Of a DNA stretch of 63,388 nucleotides, positions 24,182 to 36,786 are shown piece after piece. The stretch is from Mesotaenium endlicherianum. Its lineage: Eukaryota. The first letter of the stretch is position 1; each line of letters begins with the position of its first letter. Position numbers and translations under genes: made by a program. The stretch is taken from the NCBI GenBank assembly GCA_009602735.1, contig WELA01002483.1, positions 103,615 to 167,002 of the forward strand, read 5' to 3'. Under the pieces are notes generated by a model. The model saw only the letters and a program-made list of their open reading frames with translations, made no database searches and had not been told where the DNA came from.

Positions 24182-26079
24182 GGCCTCCATTGACACGCCG
24201 TGCTCCGCGAAGGAGACGGCTGGTATTCAGTGTAGTGCCAGCGAGATGACTTTAGCGCTGAGCTGCACCGTGGTCATCGGCGAGGTAAGTGCGCGTGGTG
24301 CCCTCTCGCTGCGCAGGCTGCAGACGACCCTGCTGGTGTCAGCAGGACAACGCAGGCCAGAGGTGCTGCACGAGCCTGTGCTGGCTGCACTGGCGAGAGT
24401 GACCGTCCGTTGAGAGGCGTGTCTGCGGCGCGAGATAGCGAGTCCGCGCGGGCTTGCGGCCTGCCATCTGGCAGCCTCTCAGGGAGGAAGCCGCCGCTGT
24501 TGGAAATTGCTAGTGCGACGTGCGCAGAGCTGGCAGGAGCATGTGCGCAGACGTCTGCAGCGTTGGCTGCAAGAGCTCCGTCGGAAGGCGGGCGTGTGTT
24601 GGGTTGCAACATCCCTGTGGCGCCAGGTGACAGTCTCTGGGGCTGCCTTGTGTCAGCGCTGCAAATGTGTGCGGAGGCTGCGCGGACGCCATCTGTCGGA
24701 GCTGGAGCGTCGGTCGGCGGGACGCGTGCGAAGAGGGCTCCGCACGCGTCGTAGCTGTCGGCGGCGACTAGGCCACGGAGTCTGGCGATCTCCGCGTTGG
24801 CCTCCACGAGGGCGTCGCTGACATTGTCAAAGCTGCAGTAGTCGGCTCCACGGGTCAGCGCATTGTCCATGGTGGCCGTGGCTGCCGTCATCGAGGGGCG
24901 TCCACCCGTGCGAGGGTTACGCATGCCTCGCTGTCCTACTGCTAACGGCGCGGGGCCGCCACGAGCGCGTCCGTTCTCGACGTCGCGCTTCTTCAGCAGG
25001 CATACAATCTGCAGGTGACCGGCCTTGCCTCAGTAGGTACAATTACCGAACTCGCCATTCTGCGCGATTGTGCAGTTCTGGCGAGAGTGGCCCGTCTTCC
25101 CGCAAGACCAACAGGGGTCGCTCGTCGTGGCGGCCATGGAAATGCGGCCAAGCGTAGCTCCGCGCTGCTGAGTCTGCTGGGGCAGCTGAGAGCGCTGGGG
25201 CTGCTGCTGCTGCTGGGGCTGGCGAGCCGAAGCTGGGCGCATCGTGGAAGGTGGCAGCACCAAGGACTCCTTGCGTAAGTCTGTAGATGCGAGGCCCACA
25301 CGGTCGCTAATGTTGCTTCGTGCGGCAGCCAAGCTCTGGTTCTCAACTGAGAGGTAAGCGTCCTCCAGTGAGTACTCGGAGCTAATGTGATAGATGAGGG
25401 GGGCCATGGCCCTCTCCCTCAATTGTGGCCACGGCAGGCAAAAAGATCTCTGCTGCCTCACGATCGGTGACAATGCCAACGTCTCGGCAAAGGTGCGTCA
25501 AGCGGCGGTACATTATGCGGATCGTCTCGTTCTTGCGGCGATAGAAGTGGTGCATCTCGTACACCTTCTCTTTGGTTGCGGCCTGGAACTCCTTTTGGAG
25601 GACGTCCCAGAAGGCCTTGACCGGATCTGCGAGGGGGGTCTCCACTAGGGGTTCTCCCACAAGCTCTGTGCGTGCGTAGATCTCGTCACCCTTCTCGCGG
25701 AAGGTGTCACGGGCCTCGTAGAGGAGATAGCGCATGAGCGTATAGAACACGTCACGTTTAGTGAGCGCGGGATTCTTAAGGCGATCACGAACTCAGCCTC
25801 GAACTCTGAGATTGTGTCGTCCAGATCACAGGTTCCTGGTCTGCCGTTGAAGCGGAAGAGGGAGGACCTGTCAGTCTTGACCTCTTGGTCACCTGCCATG
25901 GGATACCAAGAATCATGGTGAGCCCACTGGGAAGTTGGCTCAGGGACAATCACAGGAAGTACGAGTGCTGGCTGCTCCCCTTCAGAGGGTTCAGTGACAC
26001 TACTGAGATCGGAATTTGAGTCTTCTCCACTAACCCTTTCGTAGTAGGGCCGGTAAGAAAGCCCACTATGGGTAGGCAT
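24182..26079 (-). pseudogene. gag: Family C gag-like polyprotein with two CCHC zinc knuckles, frameshifted
   Basis: ORFs 25645-26079, 25382-25750 (FWDVLQKEF...RKNETIRIMYRRL), 25030-25479 (CWSCGKTGHSRQNC; CTY*GKAGHLQIVC), 24274-24924. Confidence 0.75.
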
Positions 26080-26699
26080 ACGCTAAAGATTCTAATTGCT
26101 TGTAGGCAAAGAGAGACCTTTTTAGAAGTAAGGAGCGTGTACTCTCCATAGTGAGCACCTGTAGTGATTTGAATTATTATACATTAGTTTGCATATATTT
26201 TAATGTTTTCAAATATATTTGAAGTCGTATGGTGTGGAGTCAAGTGTGAATAGGTACTCTAGTAACTTGGTTCATGTCCTTTGAACCTTCCAAGGCATTT
26301 TCGAAGTTAGAGGAAAGACCTAGAAGAACTCCATGTGGCAAAAGTCAGATGTGCCATTTTTAGGTCAAAAGGACATGTGTACATTATTCTAGAAAGAGGT
26401 GGCAAGTTTTGGGATGTGTTGGGTGCCAACACATCAACATACACCTTCCTAGAAATTACTTATGTAGCAAGTATATAAACAAGAGCTAGAACATAGAAAG
26501 ACATTCCAGAATCACTCTTGTACTTGCCAAAATCCAGAAATATATTAACTTTCAAGAAGCCATCTCTCTTTCAAGAAGCTACCACTTGTGTTCAAAGATC
26601 CTTGTCTTGAATAGATAAAGTATTCTGTTTTACTAAGTACTTTATCTATCTGTTTCACTACAGTGGTATCGGAGCTAGGCACTTTGGTAGCACAAGAAG

Positions 26700-27980
26700 A
26701 TGGCCGATCCTCAAGACCAACAGCAAGCTTTCGAAGGAAGCCCTTCCTCTCCAAGACACCCTCCTCCAGCGCCGATGGGAGAGCCCACTCAAGAAAATCT
26801 GCAACAACAAGAAGCACCACAAGGAGGAGCACACCCTCCTCCAGCGTCGATGGGAGAGCCTACTCAAGGAAATCTGCAACAACAAGAAGCACCACAAGGA
26901 GGAGCACCGTCAAATCCCGTGGCAGCCGCTATAGCAAAGTTGACCCCACCACAAGGAGTTCCCGCAAATGAGTGGGCAGCCTTCCTAATGACCGTCCACA
27001 ACCAAGTGGGCTTGGCCACCTATGAAGCAACCGTGCAAGCGTCAAGAGAAGCTATGGCTGCCATGGTTGCCCCTATTGCGAGCAATGCTCAAAATCCAGC
27101 CCCGGCTCAAGCGCCTCCACAAGAGCCAACGAGAGCAAGGAAACTCATCAAGCCCGGCAAACCCGACACTTTCAACCCCGGGAAAGGTGCCAACCTGAAT
27201 TTATGGCTCTACCAAGTGGAGACGTACCTCGCGTTCCTTGAAGTACCCGAGGAGGACTACGTTCCCTTTGCCGTTACCTTACTTAGAGGAGCAGCAACAT
27301 CATGGTGGCGTAACTATCAAGCGGCTATATATCAAGCTATGGCGCACCCCATGCTCGGCCAAGAGCCCCCACCATCATATGCAAGATGGGCAGATTTTCG
27401 TGAGGCCCTCAAGAAGCAATTCATGCCCATCAATGCGGAGAAGATTGCCCGAGGAAAGCTCCACCATCTCAAGCAAACGACGTCCGTTCAAGAGTATACA
27501 TCCAGATTTCACGCCCTCACTCTTGAGATCCCCAACATGTCTCTCGAGGAGAAGATTGACCGTTACATCTTTGGCCTCAAACCCAAGGTGGCAAAGGAAG
27601 TGGAGTTACGCGACTTGACGGACTTCTCAAAGATCATTGAAGTGGCCCAAAAGGTGGATACCTTGGATTTCAAGCACTCCGTGCCTTCATCTTCACGGGT
27701 ACCGACGACGCGGGTGTACGCAGCCCCTTCCACATCCGAATCTGGACCCACACCCATGGAAATCGGAGTTATTAAAAGGGACCCCGCGGCTGCCCGGAAG
27801 AGTGGAAGACCCTCCAATGACACTTATGATGCAAGAAACCAGCAAGGAGTGAAAGCAAGACTCTCCCCGGCTGAAAAAGAAGCTCTCATGACGGCTGGAC
27901 TATGCTTCTATTGCAAGGAAAAGGGCCATCGTGCACTTTCATGCCCCAAAAAGTTGTCAAAAAACGGACAGCGCCGGTAG
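26700..27980 (+). CDS. gag: Family B Gag
   Basis: Same translation as 13888-15168. Confidence 0.95.
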   Translation: MADPQDQQQAFEGSPSSPRHPPPAPMGEPTQENLQQQEAPQGGAHPPPASMGEPTQGNLQQQEAPQGGAPSNPVAAAIAKLTPPQGVPANEWAAFLMTVHNQVGLATYEATVQASREAMAAMVAPIASNAQNPAPAQAPPQEPTRARKLIKPGKPDTFNPGKGANLNLWLYQVETYLAFLEVPEEDYVPFAVTLLRGAATSWWRNYQAAIYQAMAHPMLGQEPPPSYARWADFREALKKQFMPINAEKIARGKLHHLKQTTSVQEYTSRFHALTLEIPNMSLEEKIDRYIFGLKPKVAKEVELRDLTDFSKIIEVAQKVDTLDFKHSVPSSSRVPTTRVYAAPSTSESGPTPMEIGVIKRDPAAARKSGRPSNDTYDARNQQGVKARLSPAEKEALMTAGLCFYCKEKGHRALSCPKKLSKNGQRR

Positions 27981-30900
27981 GCCAGGAGCCTACCACCCCA
28001 AGACCCACTTCACGAGAAGGCAACACGCCAAGTGAGGTGGAGACCCCCGTTGAAGACGACGTTCCAGCCCCAATGAGTTTGAGAGGTTACCTTGGAGGAG
28101 AGAAGGTCCACATCTTGGTGGATAGCGGAGCTCAAGGCAACTTCATTGCTGCAGATTTTGCCACCAAGCACGGTATTACTATGCGAACTCTTGACCACGA
28201 CGAGGAGATTATGATGCCCGATGGATTCTCCTATACTACCCCTTCCAAGAAGACGTACCCCTTGGCACTCTCTATCAAGTCCTTCAAGGATAGAGTAGTG
28301 TTCTCCCCCATGCAATTGGGCAAGTACGACGTCATCCTAGGGACGCCTTGGTTGACCAAGCACAACCCCCAAGTTGATTGGAGGACCGGTACTATCAAGA
28401 TCAAGAATGACATCACTTCAAGAATCTGTATTTTGCGCGCAATCCAGAATATCCAGACCCAAGACATCCAGAAGCCGGCACACGAGATACTATTGTCCGC
28501 CCTCCAACTCAAGAGACTTGTGAGGAAGGGACACGAGCTTCTTTTGGCCTTGATCACGCCAAAAGACATCAAGAAAGACATCGAGAGTCAAGAAGGCAGC
28601 CCCGTTCCCAAGGAGATACAAGAAGTCTTTGAGGACTACAAAGAAGTGTTCTCCCCGGAATTGCCCAAGGGCCTACCCCCCAAAAGATTCGTAGACCACA
28701 AGATAGAGTTGGAGCCCGGAAGCAAGCCCATCTCTCGGCCTACGTTCAAAATGTCATACACGGAGCTAGACGAAGTCAAGAAGCAAATCAAGGAGCTACT
28801 GGAGCATGGCTTCATTCGACCTAGCAAGTCGCCATTTGGAGCCCCGGTGCTATTTGTCAAGAAGAAAGATGGTACCTTGAGGATGTGTGTGGACTATCGC
28901 GCCCTCAACAAGATCACCATCAAGAATCGATACCCGCTGCCGCGCATGGATGAGCTCATGGACCGGCTGGTTGGAGCCAAGTACTTCACGAAGATTGACT
29001 TACGGAGCGGCTACCACCAGATTCGCATCGCAGAACCGGACATAGAGAAGACGGCATTCAGGACAAGATATGGACATTTTGAGTTCATGGTCCTGCCATT
29101 TGGACTCACCAACGCGCCAGCAACTTTCATGACTATGATGAACACCATATTTCAGCCCATGTTGGACAGATTTGTGGTGGTATTCATCGATGACATCCTT
29201 ATCTACAGCAAGACCCTTGAAGAGCATGCGAGACACTTGAAAGAAGTCCTTGAAGTATTGAAGCAAAACAAGCTGTTTGCGAAGGAGTCAAAATGCGAGT
29301 TTGCCAAACAAGAAGTGGAGTTCCTAGGTCTCCACGTGACTGCTGATGGCATCAAGATAGACCCCAAGAAGACCACGGTGGTGGAGGAATGGCCAACCCC
29401 CACGACCAAGAAAGAACTCCAGTCATTCTTGGGATTTGCCAATTGGTACAGAAAATTCATCCAAGGCTTCTCGCACATAGCAGCCCCCCTGACAGATCTA
29501 CTCAAGAAGGACAGGCTATATACATGGACCGAGAAAGAGGAAGAGGCATTTCAAGAGTTAAAGCGAAGATTGACCACATCCCCGGTGCTCACACTCCCAA
29601 GTCCAAACCCAGATTGGCCCTTCCACGTCATCACCGATGCATCTTCCTATGCAATAGGAGCAATCCTGCTTCAAGACCAAGGCAAGGGACTGCAGCCCAT
29701 CGCCTACGAGTCAAGGAAGCTAAATCCAGCCGAGCAAAATTATACAACCACGGAGCGAGAGGCATTGGCGATTGTACATGCCTTGAAGGTTTGGCGCTGC
29801 TACGTTGAAGGACGCAAAGTACTGGTCACCACGGACCACGAGGCGTTAAAGCACCTCCAAACGCAGCCGTATCTCTCAAGGAGACAAGCAAGATGGAGCG
29901 GATACTTGCAACAATACAACATCACGATTCAGTACCAGCCCGGCAAGACAAACCCGGCTGACCCCCTCTCAAGACTGCAATTAAATGCAGTGATGGTATC
30001 CCTGAAGACAGATCTGGAAGCTCGATTTTCAGCCGCCTATGAAAGAGACCCTTACTACAAGAACGGAGAAGCAGCCTTGGACCCATGCAAGAAGCAAGAA
30101 GGCAATTATTGGGTGAGGCAAGATACGGGCCAGAGATGTGTTCCTAATGACTTAGACCTCCGGCTCTTGCTTCTACGAGAAGCACACGACAACCCTCTTG
30201 GAGGACACTTTGGAATCCTAAGGACCACGGGCGTTCTAGCTAGGACTTATTGTTGGCCAGGCATGTCTAAGCAAGTCAAGGAGTACTGCAGGAGCTGTGA
30301 CACATGCCAAAGAATCAAGCCATCATCGCAAAAGGCGGGAGGACTCCTCCAACCACTACCAATCCCCGAAAGACAATGGACGGACATCTCAATGGACCTT
30401 ATCGTGGACTTGCCCGTGACACCTCGAGGCCATAATGCAATACTCACGGTGGTGGACAGACTTACCAAGATGGCTCATTTTATTCCCACGACGACTAAGG
30501 CTACAGCACCACAACTTGCAAGACTCATCTTTGACAACATCTTCCGACTCCATGGACTACCATCAAGAATTGTGTCAGATAGAGATCCAAGATTCACAAG
30601 CCATTTCTGGAAAAATCTCTTCAAGAACTTGGGTACATCGCTGGATATGTCTACTGCCTACCACCCACAATCAGATGGGCAAACCGAGCGTATGAATCGT
30701 ACCCTAAAGACCTCTCTAAAGGCCTACGTGTCTACCCTCGAGCAAGACTGGGACATGTACTTGACCCCCCTCGAGTTTGCCTACAACAACACTACGCAGG
30801 CCTCTACCCAAGAGTCCCCATTCTTCCTCAACTATGGCTTCCATCCGACCACGCCACTGAGCTTCACGGCTGGCCATGATGAAGTACCTGCAGCCACAGA

Positions 30901-31567
30901 TTTTATGGAGACATTAGAAGCAGCCCTTACAGCAGCGAAGAAAGCTCTACAACACGCGCAAGATGCTCAAGCAAGAGTGGCGAACAGATCCAGAAGAGAA
31001 ATTACGTACAGAGTGGGTGACAACGTGTTACTATCATCCAAGAACATTTCCCTGAACAACAGGCCTGCCGGCAGCAAGTTCTCTCCCAAGTATTTGGGAC
31101 CCTTCAAGATTATCCAGCAAGTCAACCCCGTTGCTTTCAAGCTAGAACTTCCCCAGACTATGCACATCGACCCCGTATTCCACGCTTCCCTCTTCAAGCC
31201 ATATGTGCAACCCGACAACAAGTTCCCAGGACGTGTGACAACCCCACCAGCCCCAACAATAGTGGATGATCATTTGGAGTACGAAGTGGAAGACATAGTG
31301 GCTATGAGAAATTTCAGGAGACAGCAGCAATACTTGATCAAGTGGAAAGGATATCCAGATTCGGAGAATAGTTGGGTGGCGGCGCACTACCTTGACAAAG
31401 TTCAGAGAAAGTTGAAGCGCTTCCATGCCGCCAACCCCCATCTTGGACCAGCCCCAAGTCTCTCTACTAGAAGCCCGAAGACTTCAGGGAGGCAGCCTGC
31501 CACCATCAAGAAGCAGCAGAAGACCCCTTGGAGGCAGCCTGCAAGAACAAGAAAGAGGAAAAATTGA
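27902..31567 (+). CDS. pol: Family B Pol
   Basis: Same translation as 15090-18755. Confidence 0.97.
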   Translation: MLLLQGKGPSCTFMPQKVVKKRTAPVGQEPTTPRPTSREGNTPSEVETPVEDDVPAPMSLRGYLGGEKVHILVDSGAQGNFIAADFATKHGITMRTLDHDEEIMMPDGFSYTTPSKKTYPLALSIKSFKDRVVFSPMQLGKYDVILGTPWLTKHNPQVDWRTGTIKIKNDITSRICILRAIQNIQTQDIQKPAHEILLSALQLKRLVRKGHELLLALITPKDIKKDIESQEGSPVPKEIQEVFEDYKEVFSPELPKGLPPKRFVDHKIELEPGSKPISRPTFKMSYTELDEVKKQIKELLEHGFIRPSKSPFGAPVLFVKKKDGTLRMCVDYRALNKITIKNRYPLPRMDELMDRLVGAKYFTKIDLRSGYHQIRIAEPDIEKTAFRTRYGHFEFMVLPFGLTNAPATFMTMMNTIFQPMLDRFVVVFIDDILIYSKTLEEHARHLKEVLEVLKQNKLFAKESKCEFAKQEVEFLGLHVTADGIKIDPKKTTVVEEWPTPTTKKELQSFLGFANWYRKFIQGFSHIAAPLTDLLKKDRLYTWTEKEEEAFQELKRRLTTSPVLTLPSPNPDWPFHVITDASSYAIGAILLQDQGKGLQPIAYESRKLNPAEQNYTTTEREALAIVHALKVWRCYVEGRKVLVTTDHEALKHLQTQPYLSRRQARWSGYLQQYNITIQYQPGKTNPADPLSRLQLNAVMVSLKTDLEARFSAAYERDPYYKNGEAALDPCKKQEGNYWVRQDTGQRCVPNDLDLRLLLLREAHDNPLGGHFGILRTTGVLARTYCWPGMSKQVKEYCRSCDTCQRIKPSSQKAGGLLQPLPIPERQWTDISMDLIVDLPVTPRGHNAILTVVDRLTKMAHFIPTTTKATAPQLARLIFDNIFRLHGLPSRIVSDRDPRFTSHFWKNLFKNLGTSLDMSTAYHPQSDGQTERMNRTLKTSLKAYVSTLEQDWDMYLTPLEFAYNNTTQASTQESPFFLNYGFHPTTPLSFTAGHDEVPAATDFMETLEAALTAAKKALQHAQDAQARVANRSRREITYRVGDNVLLSSKNISLNNRPAGSKFSPKYLGPFKIIQQVNPVAFKLELPQTMHIDPVFHASLFKPYVQPDNKFPGRVTTPPAPTIVDDHLEYEVEDIVAMRNFRRQQQYLIKWKGYPDSENSWVAAHYLDKVQRKLKRFHAANPHLGPAPSLSTRSPKTSGRQPATIKKQQKTPWRQPARTRKRKN

Positions 31568-33833
31568 CATTAGACACTCTTCTCTTCTCGCAGTTTCTGG
31601 ACAGAAAACTAAAACTGCTACTGGTAATAGGTCTCTGCATAATAAATTCTGAAAATTTACCTGGCTGTAGTCCATGAGTAGCCGGTCATTTAGAGTCCAA
31701 GTTTGCTCAATTTGGAGCACTGGTGAGAGAGATATGATGCTCTAAGTAGAAGGGGGTCAGGCTGCTGGCATTGTTAGGACAGAATATGCCTTCTGACATT
31801 GTGCCTTCCCCTGAACTTGGAATGCTCTGAAACTCAAGACTCTGGTAGAACATCTTACAGCGCCCAGTTTGAGACTTAGTTTGCAGAATTTGGAGAAGTA
31901 TAGAAGGACTTATGATTTTCAGAAGTTTCTGCACAGATTTGGAGGAGTGCCTACTCTCTCAGCTCTCAACGACACTCCAGAAATGAGAATGCTCTCAAAT
32001 TTGGTGACCCGGTAGAGTTCTCCGACGCGGTCCGTCTGGCACTCGAATTTTCAGATTTGGAGCAGTTCTGTGGCCGCTATGAATTTTTGAGTTCGTGGCA
32101 GATTCTGGGCCAACTTGTACAATTTTCTTTATCATTAAGGAGTAGGCTAGCCAATAAGGTCACACCACCTACGACCTTGCCTAGTCTACCTTACATGTGT
32201 AGCACCTGACTTGGCGCCTTTGACTAGTCCTCTTCACATGTGTGGCATCTGACTTGAAACTGTTGACTAGTTTGCTCCACATGTGTAAGACCTGACTTGA
32301 CGCGCCGAGACGTCGCTTTTTCTATTGGGGGGGTGATGTAGTGATTTGAGTTATTATATATTAGTTTGCATATATTTTAATGTTTTCAAATATATTTGGA
32401 GTAGTATTGTGTGGAGTCAAGTGTGAATAGGTACTCTAGTAACTTGGTTCATGTCCTTTGAACCTTCCAAGGCATTTTCGAAGTTAGAGGAAAGACCTAG
32501 AAGAACTCCATGTGGCAAAAGTCAGATGTGCCATTTTTAGGTCAAAAGGACATGTGTACATTATTCTAGAAAGAGGTGGCAAGTTTTGGGATGTGTTGGG
32601 TGCCAACACATCAACATACACCTTCCTAGAAATTACTTATGTAGCAAGTATATAAACAAGAGCTAGAACATAGAAAGACATTCCAGAATCACTCTTGTAC
32701 TTGCCAAAATCCAGAAATATATTAACTTTCAAGAAGCCATCTCTCTTTCAAGAAGCTACCACTTGTGTTCAAAGATCCTTGTCTTGAATAGATAAAGTAT
32801 TTTGTTTTACTAAGTACTTTATCTATCTGTTTCACTACAGCACCTCAAGACTGTAATCTGGTAGGAAAGCAACTAATGAAGTCTGGCCCAAAAGATCACT
32901 GGAAGCACATCATGATCTTTAAGAGTAGTCCTATGGCAGGGTTTAAGTTGTGACTTTGCTCACCACTTGTGAAGTTCTTCAAGTGACTGGAAGCCAGGAG
33001 GGCTTGCTCTTCACAAGAGAGAGCCTGAGTGGTCACGAAAACACAAGAGATAAAAGTGTAAGCTTTACTGATAATCTCTATGACTTATAACTGGCATAAT
33101 GGGACTTCTAAAATGATGTTCCTCTAGTGACATTTCTAGTACTTATACTCTTGGAAACCCGGCGTCATATGCGGCGGATCCGATGTATGTAGTTACTCTA
33201 GGAGGCTCTCCTATGTCCACTAATGTGAACGAGGCATGTACTAGCAGTCCTATAGGCTAAGCATAACTGAAACCAATCAAAGCAAAGCACGTAGAATATG
33301 CTATGTGTCTCTTATTGGTGGAGCTTACCTTGGGTGATTCTCCCTAGATAGCGCCTCAAAAGTGAATCTGAAACTTGAGGAAGCTTCCTCTAGGAGTAGG
33401 TGATGCAGTCACCAAGTTATAGCCTCAATGATGCGCTTATATTATGGAAATGCGGGACTTATATAGGCTAAGGACTTGCGGATTTGTGCGCAGTAAGCTA
33501 AGCGTCCTTGGGGTCACAAATGGTCAACAATGTCACCTTTGGGTACATTGAGTCACAAGCTGGCCATTTGGTGTGTTTCCGCTAGGGACCGAAAGGGGTG
33601 CGGACTAGATCGCGCCTATCTCGCTTGATAGTTAACCACACGACGCGAAACTGGTGCCATTCAGAAGATGCTTCGACGCGCTACACTTTGGTGACTTGGA
33701 AATCTAGATTAGATCAACATATGGATGCGTAAAGTCAATGCAAATTTGATCTTCCTAGGTTGATGGTTCACACATGAGGAACTTGGTTTTGCACGACTCA
33801 ATAAATCATGACAAATCTCAAAATTGTCATTAA

Positions 33834-35565
33834 CACTAGGTTTACTGCTTGTGGAACCAATACTGACACCACTGGAAGCTGTTTGTGAATGATCATACTA
33901 AAATCAATACTAATGTGGTGCAAGCAAGCCATACATGTCCACATGCACATTTGAATAAGTTTTCTGCCAATCTAATAATTCCGATTTTAGCGCCGGTATT
34001 TATGGCACTTTTGGTACTTTTAGTGGGACTGCACGCGCGCGAGGAAAAAGTACATTCCTTTCCGCCGCAATATCCAAAAAAATACAGCAAACCGGGGCCT
34101 CTTGATTTTTCCTAGCCTACCCTATGATGTGTAGAGTGCATTGCACTTCACAGATCTGCAATTCATTCACTAAAAACACAACAGCAGCCTCTCAAACTTT
34201 GGTGTCAAAAAAGACACCAGGTTTTTCTTGGATGGTTCCACAACTTTAGGAGCAAGGTGTCGAAGCATAAAAGTTATTTTTGACATATCTCTAAAAATAC
34301 TTTATGCATTTCAAAGACTCTTGTTTTGTTATGTTCACCTATTACTAAGCAAGCACATTGCACCAATAAAGCCTCAAAAATGTGCATATAAAAAATTAGA
34401 GCATATGACGCAAAAGCCCCGAGACTCGAGGCGTCGCAAGATGGAATCTATACATCCTACTACTCATAAAAACAATTGTGTCTTTAGTCTTTCTGAACTC
34501 CTAACTACTGCTAGGCCAAGAAGACTTTAGGGAGCTTGAATGGAGGAACATCTACATGTATGATGTTCCTAGTGGTGTGAAATATCTCAAAACATGTATC
34601 AAAACACATGTGCACGTTGCACGGTCGACACATGAACTGGCACCTAGCCTTCCTTTTTGCTGCTCCCTGATAGAACTTCTTAGACATGCAAATGACACAA
34701 TTAGCCCTCACTCCTTTTCTATACTGTTTCTCCTTCCTGCAGCTTGGTACATCCAGAGCAGGTCCCTTATCCTTAGCAGGCCTTCCCCTCTTTCTAACCG
34801 GCTCTATATGTTCTTCCTCCTCCTCATTTGCTACTTCAAACTCCTCATCTGATAGCTCTGGTGACCCTCTGTCCTCTACGACAGTCTCTTCTTTTTCTAT
34901 AGTAAATTTTGTTCTCATCTGAGGAGGACTATGAACTGTAGGGTTTAGCAAATTAGGGCTAGATTCAACCCGGATCCTGACAACTCCCTCATATGGCTTC
35001 ACCCACTCTATTTCGGGTACTTTAGGAATGTGCTGCAGTATGAACGAACGCTTCCATGTCTTATACTCCCCATCATACGCAAAGTATATCTTATACTTAC
35101 TTTCCTTGTGCTTAGTGACCTCTTCTTCAAGCTCTCCGATCAGATAGAACTGCTCAAACTCCAATCCAAGCTCTTGTTGTGCCCATACTTCCCCCCAAAT
35201 TTTGCTAGGAGGAAGTATTCTTGTGCCTACCCCTACCACAACACCACTAGACGAAGATGCAATGGCAGCCATGGCTGTTAGAGGGCGCAAAAGAGAAATA
35301 TAGAGAGCTTTCAAGTGAGAAAATATCGACCTAATCTATTCGATTTTGTCACTACTTCTTGGCCGGGAAAGTCGTACAACTTTGTCAGTACTCGTCCGTT
35401 CGCTCTGAAACTATTTTCCCGGACGAGTTCGGGTGTTTGTGGTTCCAGTCATACAAGTCTCATTTCTAATTTAAAAAAAGGATAGAAATATGTGGTGCAA
35501 TATAGGCCTCCGGTGGTGCTTTTTTTGGTTCTGGGTCCACATTTGGCACCATCGTCTACCTAGTG
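33834..35565 (-). mobile_element. Short piggyBac-like DNA transposon PB1 (1732 bp, non-autonomous)
   Basis: TTAA|CACTAGGT ... ACCTAGTG|TTAA (TTAA at 33830-33833 and 35566-35569); encodes a piggyBac-type Cys-rich C-terminus. Confidence 0.85.
34511..35272 (-). CDS. Transposase-derived protein lacking DDD core: N-terminal domain, acidic linker, AT-hook-like RKRGRP, Cys-rich domain (253 aa from ATG 35272)
   Basis: Uninterrupted ORF. CVIC...CRPCNVHMCFDTCFEIFHT resembles the C-termini of PB2 and PB3 transposases. Confidence 0.75.
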   Translation of the reverse strand: MAAIASSSSGVVVGVGTRILPPSKIWGEVWAQQELGLEFEQFYLIGELEEEVTKHKESKYKIYFAYDGEYKTWKRSFILQHIPKVPEIEWVKPYEGVVRIRVESSPNLLNPTVHSPPQMRTKFTIEKEETVVEDRGSPELSDEEFEVANEEEEEHIEPVRKRGRPAKDKGPALDVPSCRKEKQYRKGVRANCVICMSKKFYQGAAKRKARCQFMCRPCNVHMCFDTCFEIFHTTRNIIHVDVPPFKLPKVFLA

Positions 35566-36786
35566 TTAATCAATTAAGTGGTTCTGGCCACCGTACATTG
35601 GCTTTGAATACATATTACCACCTATTTCCATTCTCCAAAACTTTTGGCTTAAGCTCACTTCAATTGAGGTTGATTCAGGTCGTGCTTGAATAAAACAAGT
35701 CACAGGCACGTGCAATGCCCACTGCAATCCATTGTGGCAATCGTGGGGTGGTAGCAGGTGATAGTGGGTGCCAGGTGGGGCTGCACCTACCTTTGAAATT
35801 CGGGCGTAAACATGCGACCATTGTTTTATTGTGCGAATGAATTCATTTTTCCAAGTTACTCCAACTTTTTATATCCCTTTGGGTTGCATTGAAAACCAAT
35901 GACACGGTGTATTTACGCCTCAAGTTGTGGTCTAGAAAAACAAATTAAAAATCTTCAGAAGTCGCAACTAATTTCCATCACGTGGTAGCAATTTGTCATA
36001 ATGTGTTGTGCCACGCTGTGCCAACTGGTGCATATCCGACTGTCATGGATGGTAGTGGATCATGTTAGAGCGAGCGGAAGTATGCTTTAACACTAGATGG
36101 CCCAACGAAATGTATGCTCTTTGACCCAACAACTACCTACACTAAAACTTTTTCTCAAAGCTCAATACTGATCCAAACGACTTGTCTCTCAAAGATTCTA
36201 GAAGGTCATATCACAATCTAGGTAACTATGCTTTTTTTCTCAGGAAATTTATTTTGCCCGAAAAACTTCAAAATTTGTTACCAAGAAACAATCGACAAAA
36301 TTGCATATTTTGAGTGACTACCACACCCGATTGACTTAATTCCAGAGATTCTGATTTCTGCCACAGTTGCCTATATGGGTAAGGGATGTGCTTACGTAAT
36401 TTCAGACTTATAACTCTAATATCTTAGGAGTTGAGCATTTGGGAAGTGGGGGTCTTATTTGGCCCCCTACTTTTTGCATGGTCTAACAAGAGATGTATTG
36501 TCAGCTTCACAAAACACACCCTATCATACAAGAACTTCCACTATAAAATTTGAGAGTATGTTATATAAGATGGCAATGTTTCTGAAAGAAAAAAAAATTT
36601 ATTTAGTTAGTTAGAAAATGAATTAAATAAGTCATTTTAGCATATTTCAGCAAAAAAAAACATATCTATTTCAGGAAGGCTAAGCATAATCATACTATTG
36701 CTTTATAGATATAGCAAGAAAAAAATGAAATTGTTATAGCAGAAAATAGCAGTCTAGTAAAATCGACGAAAAGTATACGTTATTGC

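Larger units (their letters stand above)
26160..32839 (+). mobile_element. Intact chromovirus, family B copy 2 (LTRs 26160-26662, 32337-32839)
   Basis: TSD GCACC (26155-26159, 32840-32844); proteins identical to copy 1. Confidence 0.98.
24182..33813 (-). mobile_element. Family C retroelement, 5' part (terminal repeat + gag), cut at 24181 by family A and interrupted by family B copy 2
   Basis: The terminal repeat ends CATGACA at 33813 and rejoins across the GCACC TSD; GC-rich gag follows on the minus strand. Confidence 0.8.
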
